A DNA stretch of 63,988 nt, filler included, from an uncultured bacterium (GTDB taxonomy: Bacteria; CAYSBA01): assembly GCA_964429075.1 (NCBI GenBank). It is 6 parts of 6 records of this genome, joined end to end, with 100 filler letters (N's around TTAATTAATTAA, not from the genome) between each part and the next. Parts side by side here need not be neighbours in the genome. Positions count along the whole stretch, not along the records: positions 36,837 to 48,392 come from CAYSBA010000011.1; positions 48,493 to 59,811 come from CAYSBA010000012.1; 4 more parts are not named here. One strand, 5' to 3'. Below are positions 42,891-52,679 of this stretch, one piece after another; positions within the stretch are counted from its first letter, which is position 1; every line of letters starts with the position of its first letter. Under the pieces are notes generated by a model that did no database searches, was not told the origin of the DNA, and saw nothing but the letters and a program-made list of their open reading frames with translations. The position numbers and the translations under genes are program-made.

Positions 42891-44376
42891 CATCATCCCT
42901 TAGAGTTGCTCTTAATACGATTAGATCAAAGTTAGGTGGCAGGGTTATTACATACCAACAGCCCTCTTTTTGTGGTAATTCATTTATTTTTTTGAAACCT
43001 GAGAATATTTCTATTTGATCTGCTTTTATTATTTCTCTATTCAGGTAAATTTTTTGCTGTGTGTTGTCCTTTTTTTTGTCGATCTGAATAAGGTGAACGA
43101 GGAGTCTGTTGTCTTTGATGTAACATTTTTTATATAGACTCTTTTCAACCCTACATGCTACTTTTTGTAAGTCCTTTTTTAAATTGTTTAAAAGGCAGGT
43201 TATATCAATGTCCTTGACATCGTAGATGGGAGCACCACCGTTTTTGTACAAAGAGATATAACTTTTAAGATAGTCAGGATAATTTTTTGAAATATAAAGG
43301 AGGGGCCTTTTAAGAAGATGCACAACAGGAGGTCCTTTGAGCATCAATGAGGGACCTACGAATACTACTTTTACAGATATGCCATGCTTTAATATTGTAA
43401 CAAGATAATTCTGGATGATTTTTTGAAGATCATCTTTTATGGTATCTTCGATATCTATCAGAAATATAATATCTGCAAGTTCATTATGGCTGATAAAGTG
43501 TCTTGATCGCGATTCCAGTAGTTTTAATAGATTAGGTTCATGTGTTAGGTTACATACATATTGTATACCAGAAGAAAAGGCAGCAAATTCTATTGATGGA
43601 TCATGATAATCTGTCTTTATAAGAAAGGAATAATTATCCTTTATTCCGCTTAATAGACAGATGTTTGCAACAACTTCCCAGGACTTTTGTTTGCCTGCAT
43701 CGTAGAGAACAAAATCAAAAGGGATAGAGAGTACAGCTGTCTGTAGAGGTTTCTTTACCATAACCCCGATTAGTTGTTGTGGATAAGAATGTATCCTTTT
43801 GTAAAAATAATGGATATCATCCAATATAGTTATTAAATCCTTTTGTTTATCTGCACAGAATCTACAACTACAACCTAAATAGGTCTCAAAGAGTCTATCT
43901 CCCGACTCTAAAAGGACCCATGAGTTGAGTCTCTCATAGACAGATCTTATGATTGCCTTAAGGTGCATTGTCCAGATATGGCTGTTCAGACAGGGTGACT
44001 TACCAGACGAGTCCAGAACCTTGTCAAGGAATGACCTGAAAAACATGTTACCCATAAAGGGCACAAAATATTCTCTGAAATCACCAAAAAAATTATACAA
44101 TCTGTTTGTGTAGAACTGTTCAATTGGGCTGTTTGTTTTTTCGGAGTCTGATGGTATGCTCGAGACACAAAGCCGCACTATGGTATAGCTTTTGTTTTGT
44201 ATGAAGGGTTTCAAAATGAGACTGTTTTGAGAGGCCATTTTTCTGTTAAACATAGGTAGTGGTATATTTGCCTCAAAAGGTTGGTCATAAAGGATGATTC
44301 CCGAACTTTTTTGCAATGATGAGGCTGTTGTGCCCTCTTTTAATGATAATGTATTGTGAAAATAACCAAAAGGCAT
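42862..44376 (-). CDS. Hypothetical protein (504 aa), possibly a divergent glycoside-hydrolase-like fold
   Basis: Long ORF starting 6 bp after the dnaE stop; SPCLN and GCSCRFC motifs, RLLVHL near the C-terminus. Confidence 0.6.
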   Translation of the reverse strand: MPFGYFHNTLSLKEGTTASSLQKSSGIILYDQPFEANIPLPMFNRKMASQNSLILKPFIQNKSYTIVRLCVSSIPSDSEKTNSPIEQFYTNRLYNFFGDFREYFVPFMGNMFFRSFLDKVLDSSGKSPCLNSHIWTMHLKAIIRSVYERLNSWVLLESGDRLFETYLGCSCRFCADKQKDLITILDDIHYFYKRIHSYPQQLIGVMVKKPLQTAVLSIPFDFVLYDAGKQKSWEVVANICLLSGIKDNYSFLIKTDYHDPSIEFAAFSSGIQYVCNLTHEPNLLKLLESRSRHFISHNELADIIFLIDIEDTIKDDLQKIIQNYLVTILKHGISVKVVFVGPSLMLKGPPVVHLLKRPLLYISKNYPDYLKSYISLYKNGGAPIYDVKDIDITCLLNNLKKDLQKVACRVEKSLYKKCYIKDNRLLVHLIQIDKKKDNTQQKIYLNREIIKADQIEIFSGFKKINELPQKEGCWYVITLPPNFDLIVLRATLRDDVIHHLSPVP

Positions 44377-44382
44377 GATAAC

Positions 44383-47300
44383 TTATCTTGTTATCAGATA
44401 GTCTATTTTGACATGTTCATTAAAGATCTTTTTGATTTTCTCTACAAGTGTATTTTCTGGGATGATACGGAATAAGGATTTTTTATTTTTAAGCAGAATC
44501 TTATAATTTTTACCATATCTTAATTCTAATCTAACAGGGCAACTACCTTTATAGTTGTTGAGATTTTCGCGCAGGAAAAAGGCACTTTCAGGAGTCAAAA
44601 AATCACTATCAATAGTTATCTTTACACATCTATGAGATAAGGGCAGGTCTTTTAAGTGGAACATTTCTCTAACCCGCATTAGATTTTTATCCTTTTGCAA
44701 TTGCAATCTTAGAGCCAAAAAAACACCTACCTGTAAAAGTTCTTTATATGTCTCGAGATCTTTTTGAAAAAGGCGGAGTTCGATGTTACGCAATCTGTAA
44801 TCTGTTATAAGGATCTTTGCGGTTCTTGCGCCACTTTGAGTTGTATATTCATCTATCTTTGTGAGAATACCTACAAGCCAGCCACCTCCATTTTTTTGAC
44901 AGCTTTCTATATCGAACTTTTCTCTTTCAAGAAAAAAGGAGTATCGAGCAAGGGGATTGCCAGAAAAGTAAAAGCCAAGCAATTCACGCTCCTTGTTAAG
45001 AAGCTCAGTATCATCAATAGACAAAAACTCAGAAGAGGTTTTAGAACCTTTGTTGTTTCTTGATTTTGTCGTATTCTGTGAAAGAAACAGGGTGGTCTGT
45101 CCATTGAGTTTACTCTTTATTGTCCAGGTTGCTACCTTCATAGTGTCTTCCATCGAGTTTAGAAGGTATCTTCTATCTGGATTAATAGAATCGAAACCCC
45201 CTGCAAGTATCAATGTTTCAATTGCCTTTTTGTTAATTCCTCTTGGGCTCATTCTGTGAACAAAGTCTTCAAAAGACTTAAAAGGTCCGTTGTTATTCCT
45301 CTCTTCGATTATGGATAGCTGAAGTTTTTCACCGATATTTTTAACAGCCTTAAAGCCAAGCCTGACAGCCTCCTTTTCTACGGAGTAGTTTTGTTCGGAC
45401 AAATTGATATCAAAGCCCAGAAGGGGTATATTATGCCTCCTCAGATCTTCAATATACATAAATTTAACATCATCATTTTCTGCAAAACTAAGATGGGCAG
45501 CTAAAAATTCTTTTGTATAATAACGTTTGAGGTATGCAGTAAGATAACTCAGATATCCATAGGCCGATGCGTGTGACTTATTAAAGGCGTATCTGGCAAA
45601 CTTTTCAATATCTGTTGCAATCTGTTCGATAATCTTTTTATCCTTACCACGTGCTACCGCCATTTCGATGAACTTTTGTTTGTGTTTTTGCATAAGCTCA
45701 GGGTTCTTTTTCCCCATAGCTTTTCTTAATACATCTGCCTCTCCAACAGAAAAGCCGGCCAGCTTCATCGCGACTTTCATAACCTGTTCTTGGTAGACTA
45801 TAATCCCATATGTCTCTTCAAGGATTTCCTTAAGCTCATCAAGATAGTAGGTTACTTCTTCTTCGCCTGCCTTTCTTTTGATATAATGTTCGGCAAGTCC
45901 GCTATCCAGTGGCCCAGGTCTATACAGGGCTGTGGCGACGATAATGTTTTCAAACCTGTCTGGTTTGAGCTGTTTTACAAAGTCAGAAAAACCGGGGTTT
46001 TCCATCTGGAATACACCTACAGTGTCTCCGCTTTTGAATATCTCAAAAACCTCCGGATCGTCCAATGGGATGCTATATATATCAATATCTCTTCCACCTT
46101 TCTTAATAAGATTCACACATAGATCTATAATAGAAAGGGTCTTCAGACCAAGAATATCAAATTTAACAAGCCCAACCTTTTCTAACATGTCTTTATCGTA
46201 CTGTGTTACAACCTGTCCATCCTTTCCTATAAAAAGAGGTGTATATTCAACGATTTCTCTGTCTGCAATCACTATACCTGATGCATGTACACCTGGCTGT
46301 CTATATAGACCTTCCAGCCTTTGTGCGATCTCTGCAGTCTCTCTCCATAGATCTCTCTTGGCGATCTCCTGTTTAAATACTCCGGATGAGTCCAGTGCGT
46401 CTTTTATGGTCGATATACCTTCTGGTAGGAGAGATGCAAATCTATTACATTCAGCAGGAGTCAATCCGAGTGCCCTGCCGGTATCCCTCAGAGCACTTTT
46501 AGATTTTAACTCACTGAAGGTAGATATTTTGGCAACATGATTATTACCGTATTTTTCTCTCAAATATTGGATAACCTCATCTCTTCTTATCTGACAGAAG
46601 TCTACATCAAAATCTGGCATGGATACCCTTTCTGGATTCAGAAATCTTTCAAACATCAAATCAAATCTGATTGGATCGATGTTTATGATGCCAATCAGGT
46701 AGGCTACCAGGGATCCAGATCCAGAACCTCTTCCTGGACCCACATGTATGCCATTTTTCTTTGCATAGTTTATAAAATCTTGAACAATAAGGTAATAGGA
46801 TGAAAAGCCAAGCTTTGATATAACAGAGAGCTCATATTTTAATCTTTCTTCATATACATCGTAGGGTGCATACAGCCTGTTGTTTTGTTTGAGTTTACGA
46901 AGTCCATTCCATGCTAATTCACTAAGATATTGATCTGCATCCATCCCATTGGGTGGTGTAAAGATCGGGAGATGAACGCCATCAATCTTTATTTCGAGAT
47001 TACATCTTTTTGCAATCAAAACGGTGTTTTCCATGGGAGTTGTGAAACTTCCAAGTTCCTCTGCAATCTCCTGAGGCGACTTAACATAGAGTTGATCGGT
47101 TTCATAGCGCATCCTGTTTTCGTCATCCCTTTTTTTGTGGGTCTGAATGCAAACAAGGACATCGTGTGCAACCGCATCTTTTTTGTAAAGGTAGTGACTA
47201 TCGCAGGTTATACAGACTGGGGTGTGCGTTGTCTCTGCAAGTTCAAGCAAAAGTTCATTGACCCTTTTTTGATCCTCAAGGCCATTATTTTGAATTTCCA

Positions 47301-47808
47301 AGTAAAAGTTGTTTTCACCAAGAATGGATTTGTATTCATTAACTCGCAAAGTTGCCTCATCAAACTTACCCTGAAGCAGCAAAGATGGAATCTCACCTTT
47401 GAGACAAGCGGAAAGTGCAATCAGACCCTCTGAATATCTTTTTAATAGATCTCTATCAATCCTTGGTTTGTAATAGAAGCCCTTTGTAAAGGCCAGAGAA
47501 GACAGTCGCATGAGGTTTTTATATCCCGTCTGATCCTTTGCGAGCAGAATTAGATGATGTTGATCGTTATGGATCTTTTTGTCTATACCGTGTGCAGCTA
47601 TGTAGGTTTCTATACCTATTATGGGTTTTACACCAAATTCTTTAGCCGTGAAATAAAATTCTAAAGCACCGTACATTGAACCATGATCAGTTATTGCAAC
47701 ACTTTTCATTCCTAGCTCAAGAACCCTCTGCATAAGCTCTGGTATCTTGATTGCCCCATCAAGAGTGCTGTAGGCTGTATGAAGGTGTAGATGAACAAAG
47801 TCTGGCAT
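44383..47808 (-). CDS. dnaE: DNA polymerase III alpha subunit
   Basis: FVHLHLHTAYS PHP domain, GPGRGSGSGS, PDFDVDF, KFDILGL, AFNKSHA. Confidence 0.98.
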   Translation of the reverse strand: MPDFVHLHLHTAYSTLDGAIKIPELMQRVLELGMKSVAITDHGSMYGALEFYFTAKEFGVKPIIGIETYIAAHGIDKKIHNDQHHLILLAKDQTGYKNLMRLSSLAFTKGFYYKPRIDRDLLKRYSEGLIALSACLKGEIPSLLLQGKFDEATLRVNEYKSILGENNFYLEIQNNGLEDQKRVNELLLELAETTHTPVCITCDSHYLYKKDAVAHDVLVCIQTHKKRDDENRMRYETDQLYVKSPQEIAEELGSFTTPMENTVLIAKRCNLEIKIDGVHLPIFTPPNGMDADQYLSELAWNGLRKLKQNNRLYAPYDVYEERLKYELSVISKLGFSSYYLIVQDFINYAKKNGIHVGPGRGSGSGSLVAYLIGIINIDPIRFDLMFERFLNPERVSMPDFDVDFCQIRRDEVIQYLREKYGNNHVAKISTFSELKSKSALRDTGRALGLTPAECNRFASLLPEGISTIKDALDSSGVFKQEIAKRDLWRETAEIAQRLEGLYRQPGVHASGIVIADREIVEYTPLFIGKDGQVVTQYDKDMLEKVGLVKFDILGLKTLSIIDLCVNLIKKGGRDIDIYSIPLDDPEVFEIFKSGDTVGVFQMENPGFSDFVKQLKPDRFENIIVATALYRPGPLDSGLAEHYIKRKAGEEEVTYYLDELKEILEETYGIIVYQEQVMKVAMKLAGFSVGEADVLRKAMGKKNPELMQKHKQKFIEMAVARGKDKKIIEQIATDIEKFARYAFNKSHASAYGYLSYLTAYLKRYYTKEFLAAHLSFAENDDVKFMYIEDLRRHNIPLLGFDINLSEQNYSVEKEAVRLGFKAVKNIGEKLQLSIIEERNNNGPFKSFEDFVHRMSPRGINKKAIETLILAGGFDSINPDRRYLLNSMEDTMKVATWTIKSKLNGQTTLFLSQNTTKSRNNKGSKTSSEFLSIDDTELLNKERELLGFYFSGNPLARYSFFLEREKFDIESCQKNGGGWLVGILTKIDEYTTQSGARTAKILITDYRLRNIELRLFQKDLETYKELLQVGVFLALRLQLQKDKNLMRVREMFHLKDLPLSHRCVKITIDSDFLTPESAFFLRENLNNYKGSCPVRLELRYGKNYKILLKNKKSLFRIIPENTLVEKIKKIFNEHVKIDYLITR

Positions 47809-47954
47809 AGTCTACAATTTTATTTAGCTAACAAAAAAAGTCAAATCATGAATCAGCCTCTGGCTTCTGTATTGATTTTACAAAAAAATTTGGATAATTA
47901 TCTGTTTAATAATTAGAAGACAAAAAATTTTAATGACCTAACGCAGGAATAATT

Positions 47955-48392
47955 GTGATTATTCAGCAATACTCAGTGAATCAACATCCAATTTGATATA
48001 GATATTCGTAGAATTAATGAATTGGGTGCAAAAAATTATATTGATAATATCATCAAGGCTTAACTTTCCAATACTTTTTGGAATGTTTGATTGCCTTAAC
48101 AGATGAATACATCTGTAACGAGCAGCCCTTCATTCAGTGTTTTTCTTGCTGCACAGGTAAAAATGCAGGATAAAGGTTTTTTGTCACGTGATATAACTGT
48201 TTATGATTTGATTACACACAAAGGTGATGTTCATCATATATTTCCCAGGGGATACCTACAGAAATTTGGCTTTAATCGTAGTAGATATAACCAGATTGCA
48301 AATTATGTAATGACACAAAGTGAAATAAACATATCCATTGGGTCGAAGCCACCTTCACAATACTTCAGAGAACTTATTGATCAGTGCAATGG
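47955..48392 (+). pseudogene. Decayed DUF262/GmrSD-like (type IV restriction) gene
   Basis: N-terminal stub (V/M)IIQQYSVNQHPI* at 47955-47996. In another frame, FDIDIRRINELG...KA*LSNTFWNV*LP*QMNTSV...DVHHIFP...NQIANY has three in-frame stops (48061, 48088, 48097) and runs to the contig end. Confidence 0.75.
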
Positions 48393-48492
48393 NNNNNNNN
48401 NNNNNNNNNNNNNNNNNNNNNNNNNNNNNNNNNNNNTTAATTAATTAANNNNNNNNNNNNNNNNNNNNNNNNNNNNNNNNNNNNNNNNNNNN
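48393..48492. other. Artificial contig-joining linker
   Basis: N-TTAATTAATTAA-N pattern. Confidence 0.98.
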
Positions 48493-48585
48493 CTTTTTTT
48501 TAATATATTTTTTCTTTGTTTTCTTTTTTTGATACATTTTTTTAGCTCCAATCTTTTAATTACTTGTTTCACTTTGAGAAATTTC

Positions 48586-48645
48586 TACATAATGTAAAGA
48601 CAGAACAAAGTTTGCTTGACATAATATGTTTGCAGTATTATGTAA
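48586..48645 (+). promoter_or_regulatory. Putative promoter with overlapping inverted-repeat operator upstream of the ferredoxin/oxidoreductase operon
   Basis: TTGACA at 48616-48621; ACATAATA-N9-TATTATGT inverted repeat (48619-48643); TACATAATGTA palindrome (48586-48596). Confidence 0.45.
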
Positions 48646-48924
<279 letters not shown>

Positions 48925-48927
48925 AAA

Positions 48928-49935
48928 TTGAAACTGCCTGTTACCAATCACTTAGGATACTATGAAATCCGCTTCGAAAGTATCGGTGGCATGGGTGCAA
49001 ACCTTGCTGGTAAGATGCTTGCCGAGGCTGGTCTTAAAAAGGCAGGTCTGAATGTACTGAATTTTTCAAGTTATGGCTCTGAGAAGAAGGGAACACCAGT
49101 AAAGACCTTTGTCCGTTTTTCAGAACCAGAGATAGAGATACTTGACAATAGCCCTGTTGAAAACCCACATCTTTTAGTTATCTTTCATGAAGCAATGCTC
49201 AATTCTCCAACTGCAGCAGCTGGCCTTCTAAAGGGTGGTATTGCAATAGTAAATTCAAAAAAACAACCCGAACAGCTCCGTGAAAAACTTGGACTAGCAG
49301 AAGGCAGAGTTGTTACTGTGGATGCAACAAATATAGCACTTGAAGTAAAAAGCAGGGTAAACACAGTCCTTCTTGGAACCTTAGCTGCACATATTGGATT
49401 TATCAGTCTGGATGACCTACTTGCAATAGTGGAAGATAATCTTAAGAAAAAATACCCCCATCTAGTTGATGCTAATATAGAGGGTATGGAAAGGGGATAT
49501 AGCGAATGTCTTTATAAGGATTTTAAGGACGATGGTACGGTAAAACCTATACCATTTATAAGGCCAAACCCAAAATATGGTTACCTTGATGCACCCCGTG
49601 GTGGTGTCATTTTAGAGGTGGGCAATTCGGTTGAAAAAGACCTATCACAATCCCGTGTGGGTGTTATCCCTGTTCTTGATCTTGAAAAATGTGTACACTG
49701 CGGCGAGTGCGACATAACCTGCCCAGATTACTGTTTTGTATGGGAAAAGAGACAGAAAGGCAACAAGGTATTTGTCTTTCTAAAGGGTATTGACTACAGA
49801 TACTGTAAAGGCTGTCTCAAGTGCGTTGAGATATGCAAACCCAAGGCACTCACAGCAGCAAAAGAGGATGGGGTTGATATTGAAAAGATAACCATAAGTT
49901 TTGTGGAGAGATACGGTGCAAAGAGCAGCAATTAA
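48928..49935 (+). CDS. 2-oxoacid:ferredoxin oxidoreductase, fused gamma + delta (ferredoxin) subunit
   Basis: EIRFESIGGMGA, SYGSEKKG gamma domain; C-terminal CVHCGECDITCP and CKGCLKCVEIC. Confidence 0.9.
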   Translation: MKLPVTNHLGYYEIRFESIGGMGANLAGKMLAEAGLKKAGLNVLNFSSYGSEKKGTPVKTFVRFSEPEIEILDNSPVENPHLLVIFHEAMLNSPTAAAGLLKGGIAIVNSKKQPEQLREKLGLAEGRVVTVDATNIALEVKSRVNTVLLGTLAAHIGFISLDDLLAIVEDNLKKKYPHLVDANIEGMERGYSECLYKDFKDDGTVKPIPFIRPNPKYGYLDAPRGGVILEVGNSVEKDLSQSRVGVIPVLDLEKCVHCGECDITCPDYCFVWEKRQKGNKVFVFLKGIDYRYCKGCLKCVEICKPKALTAAKEDGVDIEKITISFVERYGAKSSN

Positions 49936-52189
49936 AAAAGAGGATATCCTGTCGCAGACAACCGATTTTAGAAATGGTAACGAAGCGGTTGCCCTTGCTG
50001 CTAAACAGATAAATTACCATCTTATGGGATATTATCCAATAACACCCTCTACCCAGATTGCAGAAGAGCTTGATGCTATGAAGGCAGAAGGACTCCACAA
50101 TATAGTTATGGTACCTGGCGATGGTGAACATGGTGCAGCTGGAATATGCTACGGGGCCTCCACAGCTGGTGGGCGAGTCTTAAATGCTACAAGTGCAAAT
50201 GGGCTTATGTATGCCTTTGAACAGTTACCCGTGCAATCAGGCACAAGATATCCAATGGTCTTAAATGTTGTCTGTCGTTCTATATCAGGGCCTCTTGATA
50301 TACGTTGTGATCACTCAGATATAATGATGGCGCTCAGCATTGGGTGGATTATCCTCTTTGCTACTAATCCTCAGGAGGTTTACGATCTAAATATTATGGC
50401 ACCAAAGATCGGAGAAGACAAAGAGGTGATGTTGCCTGTAATCGTCGGGCAGGATGGTTTTTTTACAAGTCATCAGAAGCGACCTATCAGGGTATTTTCT
50501 AATGATAAGGATGTTCAAAATTTCCTCGGGGAATATCTAACTGAATATACAAGTATAGACCCTGAAAGACCTATCACTATAGGACCTTACATGAATGATC
50601 CAGATCTAATAAACAACAAAAAGCAACTTTCCATGGCAATGGATGCTGCTGACAGTGTTATCGATAGGGTCTTTGGAGAGTTCTATAAGATCAGTGGAAG
50701 AAAATATGAAAAATTGAGGTCTTATAAGGTGGAGGATGCAGAGGTAGTCCTGCTTTTACTTGGTTCCTCTTACAATACTGCAAGGATTGCAGTAGATAAC
50801 CTGCGTAAAAAAGGCCTGAAGGTAGGTGTAATGACCTTCCATGTGTTAAGGCCCTTCCCTGCCAAAGAGCTTGTAGATAGGCTCTCTAATGCTAGGGTGG
50901 TTGTAGTTGGTGAGAGGCAGGAATCCTTTGGTGCAAGGTCTGGTAGTATTGCCCTTGAGGTAAAGGCGGCCCTTTTTGATGCCAAAAAAGATATAAGGGT
51001 TATTAACAGGGTATATGGTATTGGGGGTAAAGACTTCTATATTTCCGATGGCGAAGAACTCCTTGAGCTTGGGTTAAAGACCCTTCAAGGTGAAAAAGTC
51101 GATCCTTTTGAATATCATGGTGCATATCCAGGTGGTAACAACAGGCCACATAAGAGGTATTTTAAACCAATAACCGGTGAACTTGCCGACAATGAGCTTG
51201 TTGTAACAAGGACAGAAGATGGTGATTTTAAGATAAAAGGTGTATCTGCAAGAAGCTTAGCTGGTGTAGAAAAGAGGATTGCACCAGGTCATGGTGCCTG
51301 TCCTGGCTGTGGCATTTTCCCTTCGTTGAATCAATTTTTCAAGGGTATCAAAGGAGATATCGTTGTACTTTTCCAGACAGGTTGTGGTATGGTTGTTACA
51401 ACTGGATATCCCTATACAAGCCACAGGGTGACCTACATACATAATCTTTTTCAAAATGGTGCCGCCACACTCTCTGGTGTGGTGGAGATGTTTAAAGAAC
51501 TGAAGAGAAGAGGTCAGATACCAGAAGACAGACAGATCACCTTTATAATGGTATCCGGAGATGGAGGTATGGATATAGGTATGGGACCCGCAATTGGTGC
51601 AGCTTTAAGGAACCACGGTATGATCCTTCTTGAGTACGATAATGAAGGATATATGAATACCGGGAACCAGCTGTCATTTACGACTCCAAAGGGTCATGCT
51701 ACGAGTACTTCCCATGTTGGTTCACATCAAAAAGGGAAAACCACACACCATAAAGATACCCCGCAAATCATGGCTGGCACGCATATACCATATATTTTTA
51801 CCGGAGCCGAATCCTTCTATCGTGATCTTATAAAAAAGGCTGCAAAGGCCCAGTGGTATGCCAACAATGAAGGGTTTGTATACGGCAAGGTCCTTTCGTG
51901 CTGTCCCCTCTCCTGGAGAAGTGATGAACGCTACGGGGCAGAGATCATAAAGGCGGCTGTTGATAGCTGTTTCTTCCCTCTTTATGAGATAGAGCATGGG
52001 ATTACCAAGATTACCTATGATCCAGAGGAGAAGGGTTGCAGGGTACCCATATCTGAGTGGTTCAAACGGATGGGTAAGACAAAACACCTTGTAAGACCGG
52101 AGTATAAGGATCTATTAAAGGAGATTGAACAGGAGGTCGAAAGGCGCTGGAGAAGGCTTAAGGCAATGCACGAAAATCCTATTTTATAA
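49916..52189 (+). CDS. 2-oxoacid:ferredoxin oxidoreductase (pyruvate synthase-like), fused alpha + beta subunit
   Basis: GNEAVA, YPITPSTQ, DGFFTSH (alpha); GHGACPGCG, TGC, TPP motif GDGG...DNEGYMNTG (beta). GTG 49916 has a GGAG RBS. Confidence 0.92.
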   Translation: MQRAAIKKEDILSQTTDFRNGNEAVALAAKQINYHLMGYYPITPSTQIAEELDAMKAEGLHNIVMVPGDGEHGAAGICYGASTAGGRVLNATSANGLMYAFEQLPVQSGTRYPMVLNVVCRSISGPLDIRCDHSDIMMALSIGWIILFATNPQEVYDLNIMAPKIGEDKEVMLPVIVGQDGFFTSHQKRPIRVFSNDKDVQNFLGEYLTEYTSIDPERPITIGPYMNDPDLINNKKQLSMAMDAADSVIDRVFGEFYKISGRKYEKLRSYKVEDAEVVLLLLGSSYNTARIAVDNLRKKGLKVGVMTFHVLRPFPAKELVDRLSNARVVVVGERQESFGARSGSIALEVKAALFDAKKDIRVINRVYGIGGKDFYISDGEELLELGLKTLQGEKVDPFEYHGAYPGGNNRPHKRYFKPITGELADNELVVTRTEDGDFKIKGVSARSLAGVEKRIAPGHGACPGCGIFPSLNQFFKGIKGDIVVLFQTGCGMVVTTGYPYTSHRVTYIHNLFQNGAATLSGVVEMFKELKRRGQIPEDRQITFIMVSGDGGMDIGMGPAIGAALRNHGMILLEYDNEGYMNTGNQLSFTTPKGHATSTSHVGSHQKGKTTHHKDTPQIMAGTHIPYIFTGAESFYRDLIKKAAKAQWYANNEGFVYGKVLSCCPLSWRSDERYGAEIIKAAVDSCFFPLYEIEHGITKITYDPEEKGCRVPISEWFKRMGKTKHLVRPEYKDLLKEIEQEVERRWRRLKAMHENPIL

Positions 52190-52196
52190 CAACAAC

Positions 52197-52673
52197 ATGA
52201 AAGTACTGCTTGTATCAGATAGCCATGATAATATTGAACAGGCTAAGCAGGCAGTAGAATTTGCAAAAAATAATTCGTTGGAACTAATAATACATTGTGG
52301 AGATTTTGTTGCTCCTTTTACTGCAAAGATATTTGTAGAATCTGGAATACCCCTTATTGGTGTCTTTGGTAATTGCGATGGAGAGCTTGTTGGTTTAAAG
52401 GAGATTACAAAAAATGCAGTCTCACATCTAAGAATAGAAAGAGAGCTTGATGGTAAAAAGGTGATCATACAGCACAGACCGTTCCATGAACAGGAATTCT
52501 TGAATAAAAAAGAGACTCTATTTTTCTTTGGTCATACACATCGTTCTATGATAAAACGGATTGATAGCAATCTTGTTGTAAATCCTGGTGAATTGTGTGG
52601 AAGTGTAAATGGTGTAAGCTCACTTGCAGTAGTTGATATCCAAAAAAAGGATGCTGAAATTGTGATATTGTAG
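52197..52673 (+). CDS. Metallophosphoesterase, YfcE/MJ0936 family
   Basis: SDSHDN, HCGD, GNCD, GHTH, NPG. Confidence 0.92.
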   Translation: MKVLLVSDSHDNIEQAKQAVEFAKNNSLELIIHCGDFVAPFTAKIFVESGIPLIGVFGNCDGELVGLKEITKNAVSHLRIERELDGKKVIIQHRPFHEQEFLNKKETLFFFGHTHRSMIKRIDSNLVVNPGELCGSVNGVSSLAVVDIQKKDAEIVIL

Positions 52674-52679
52674 CTTTGC

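Noticed and set aside
48061-48099. Stop-codon reassignment or selenocysteine in the DUF262-like frame
   Set aside because: The stops are mixed TAA/TGA, and other genes terminate normally at TAA, TGA and TAG.
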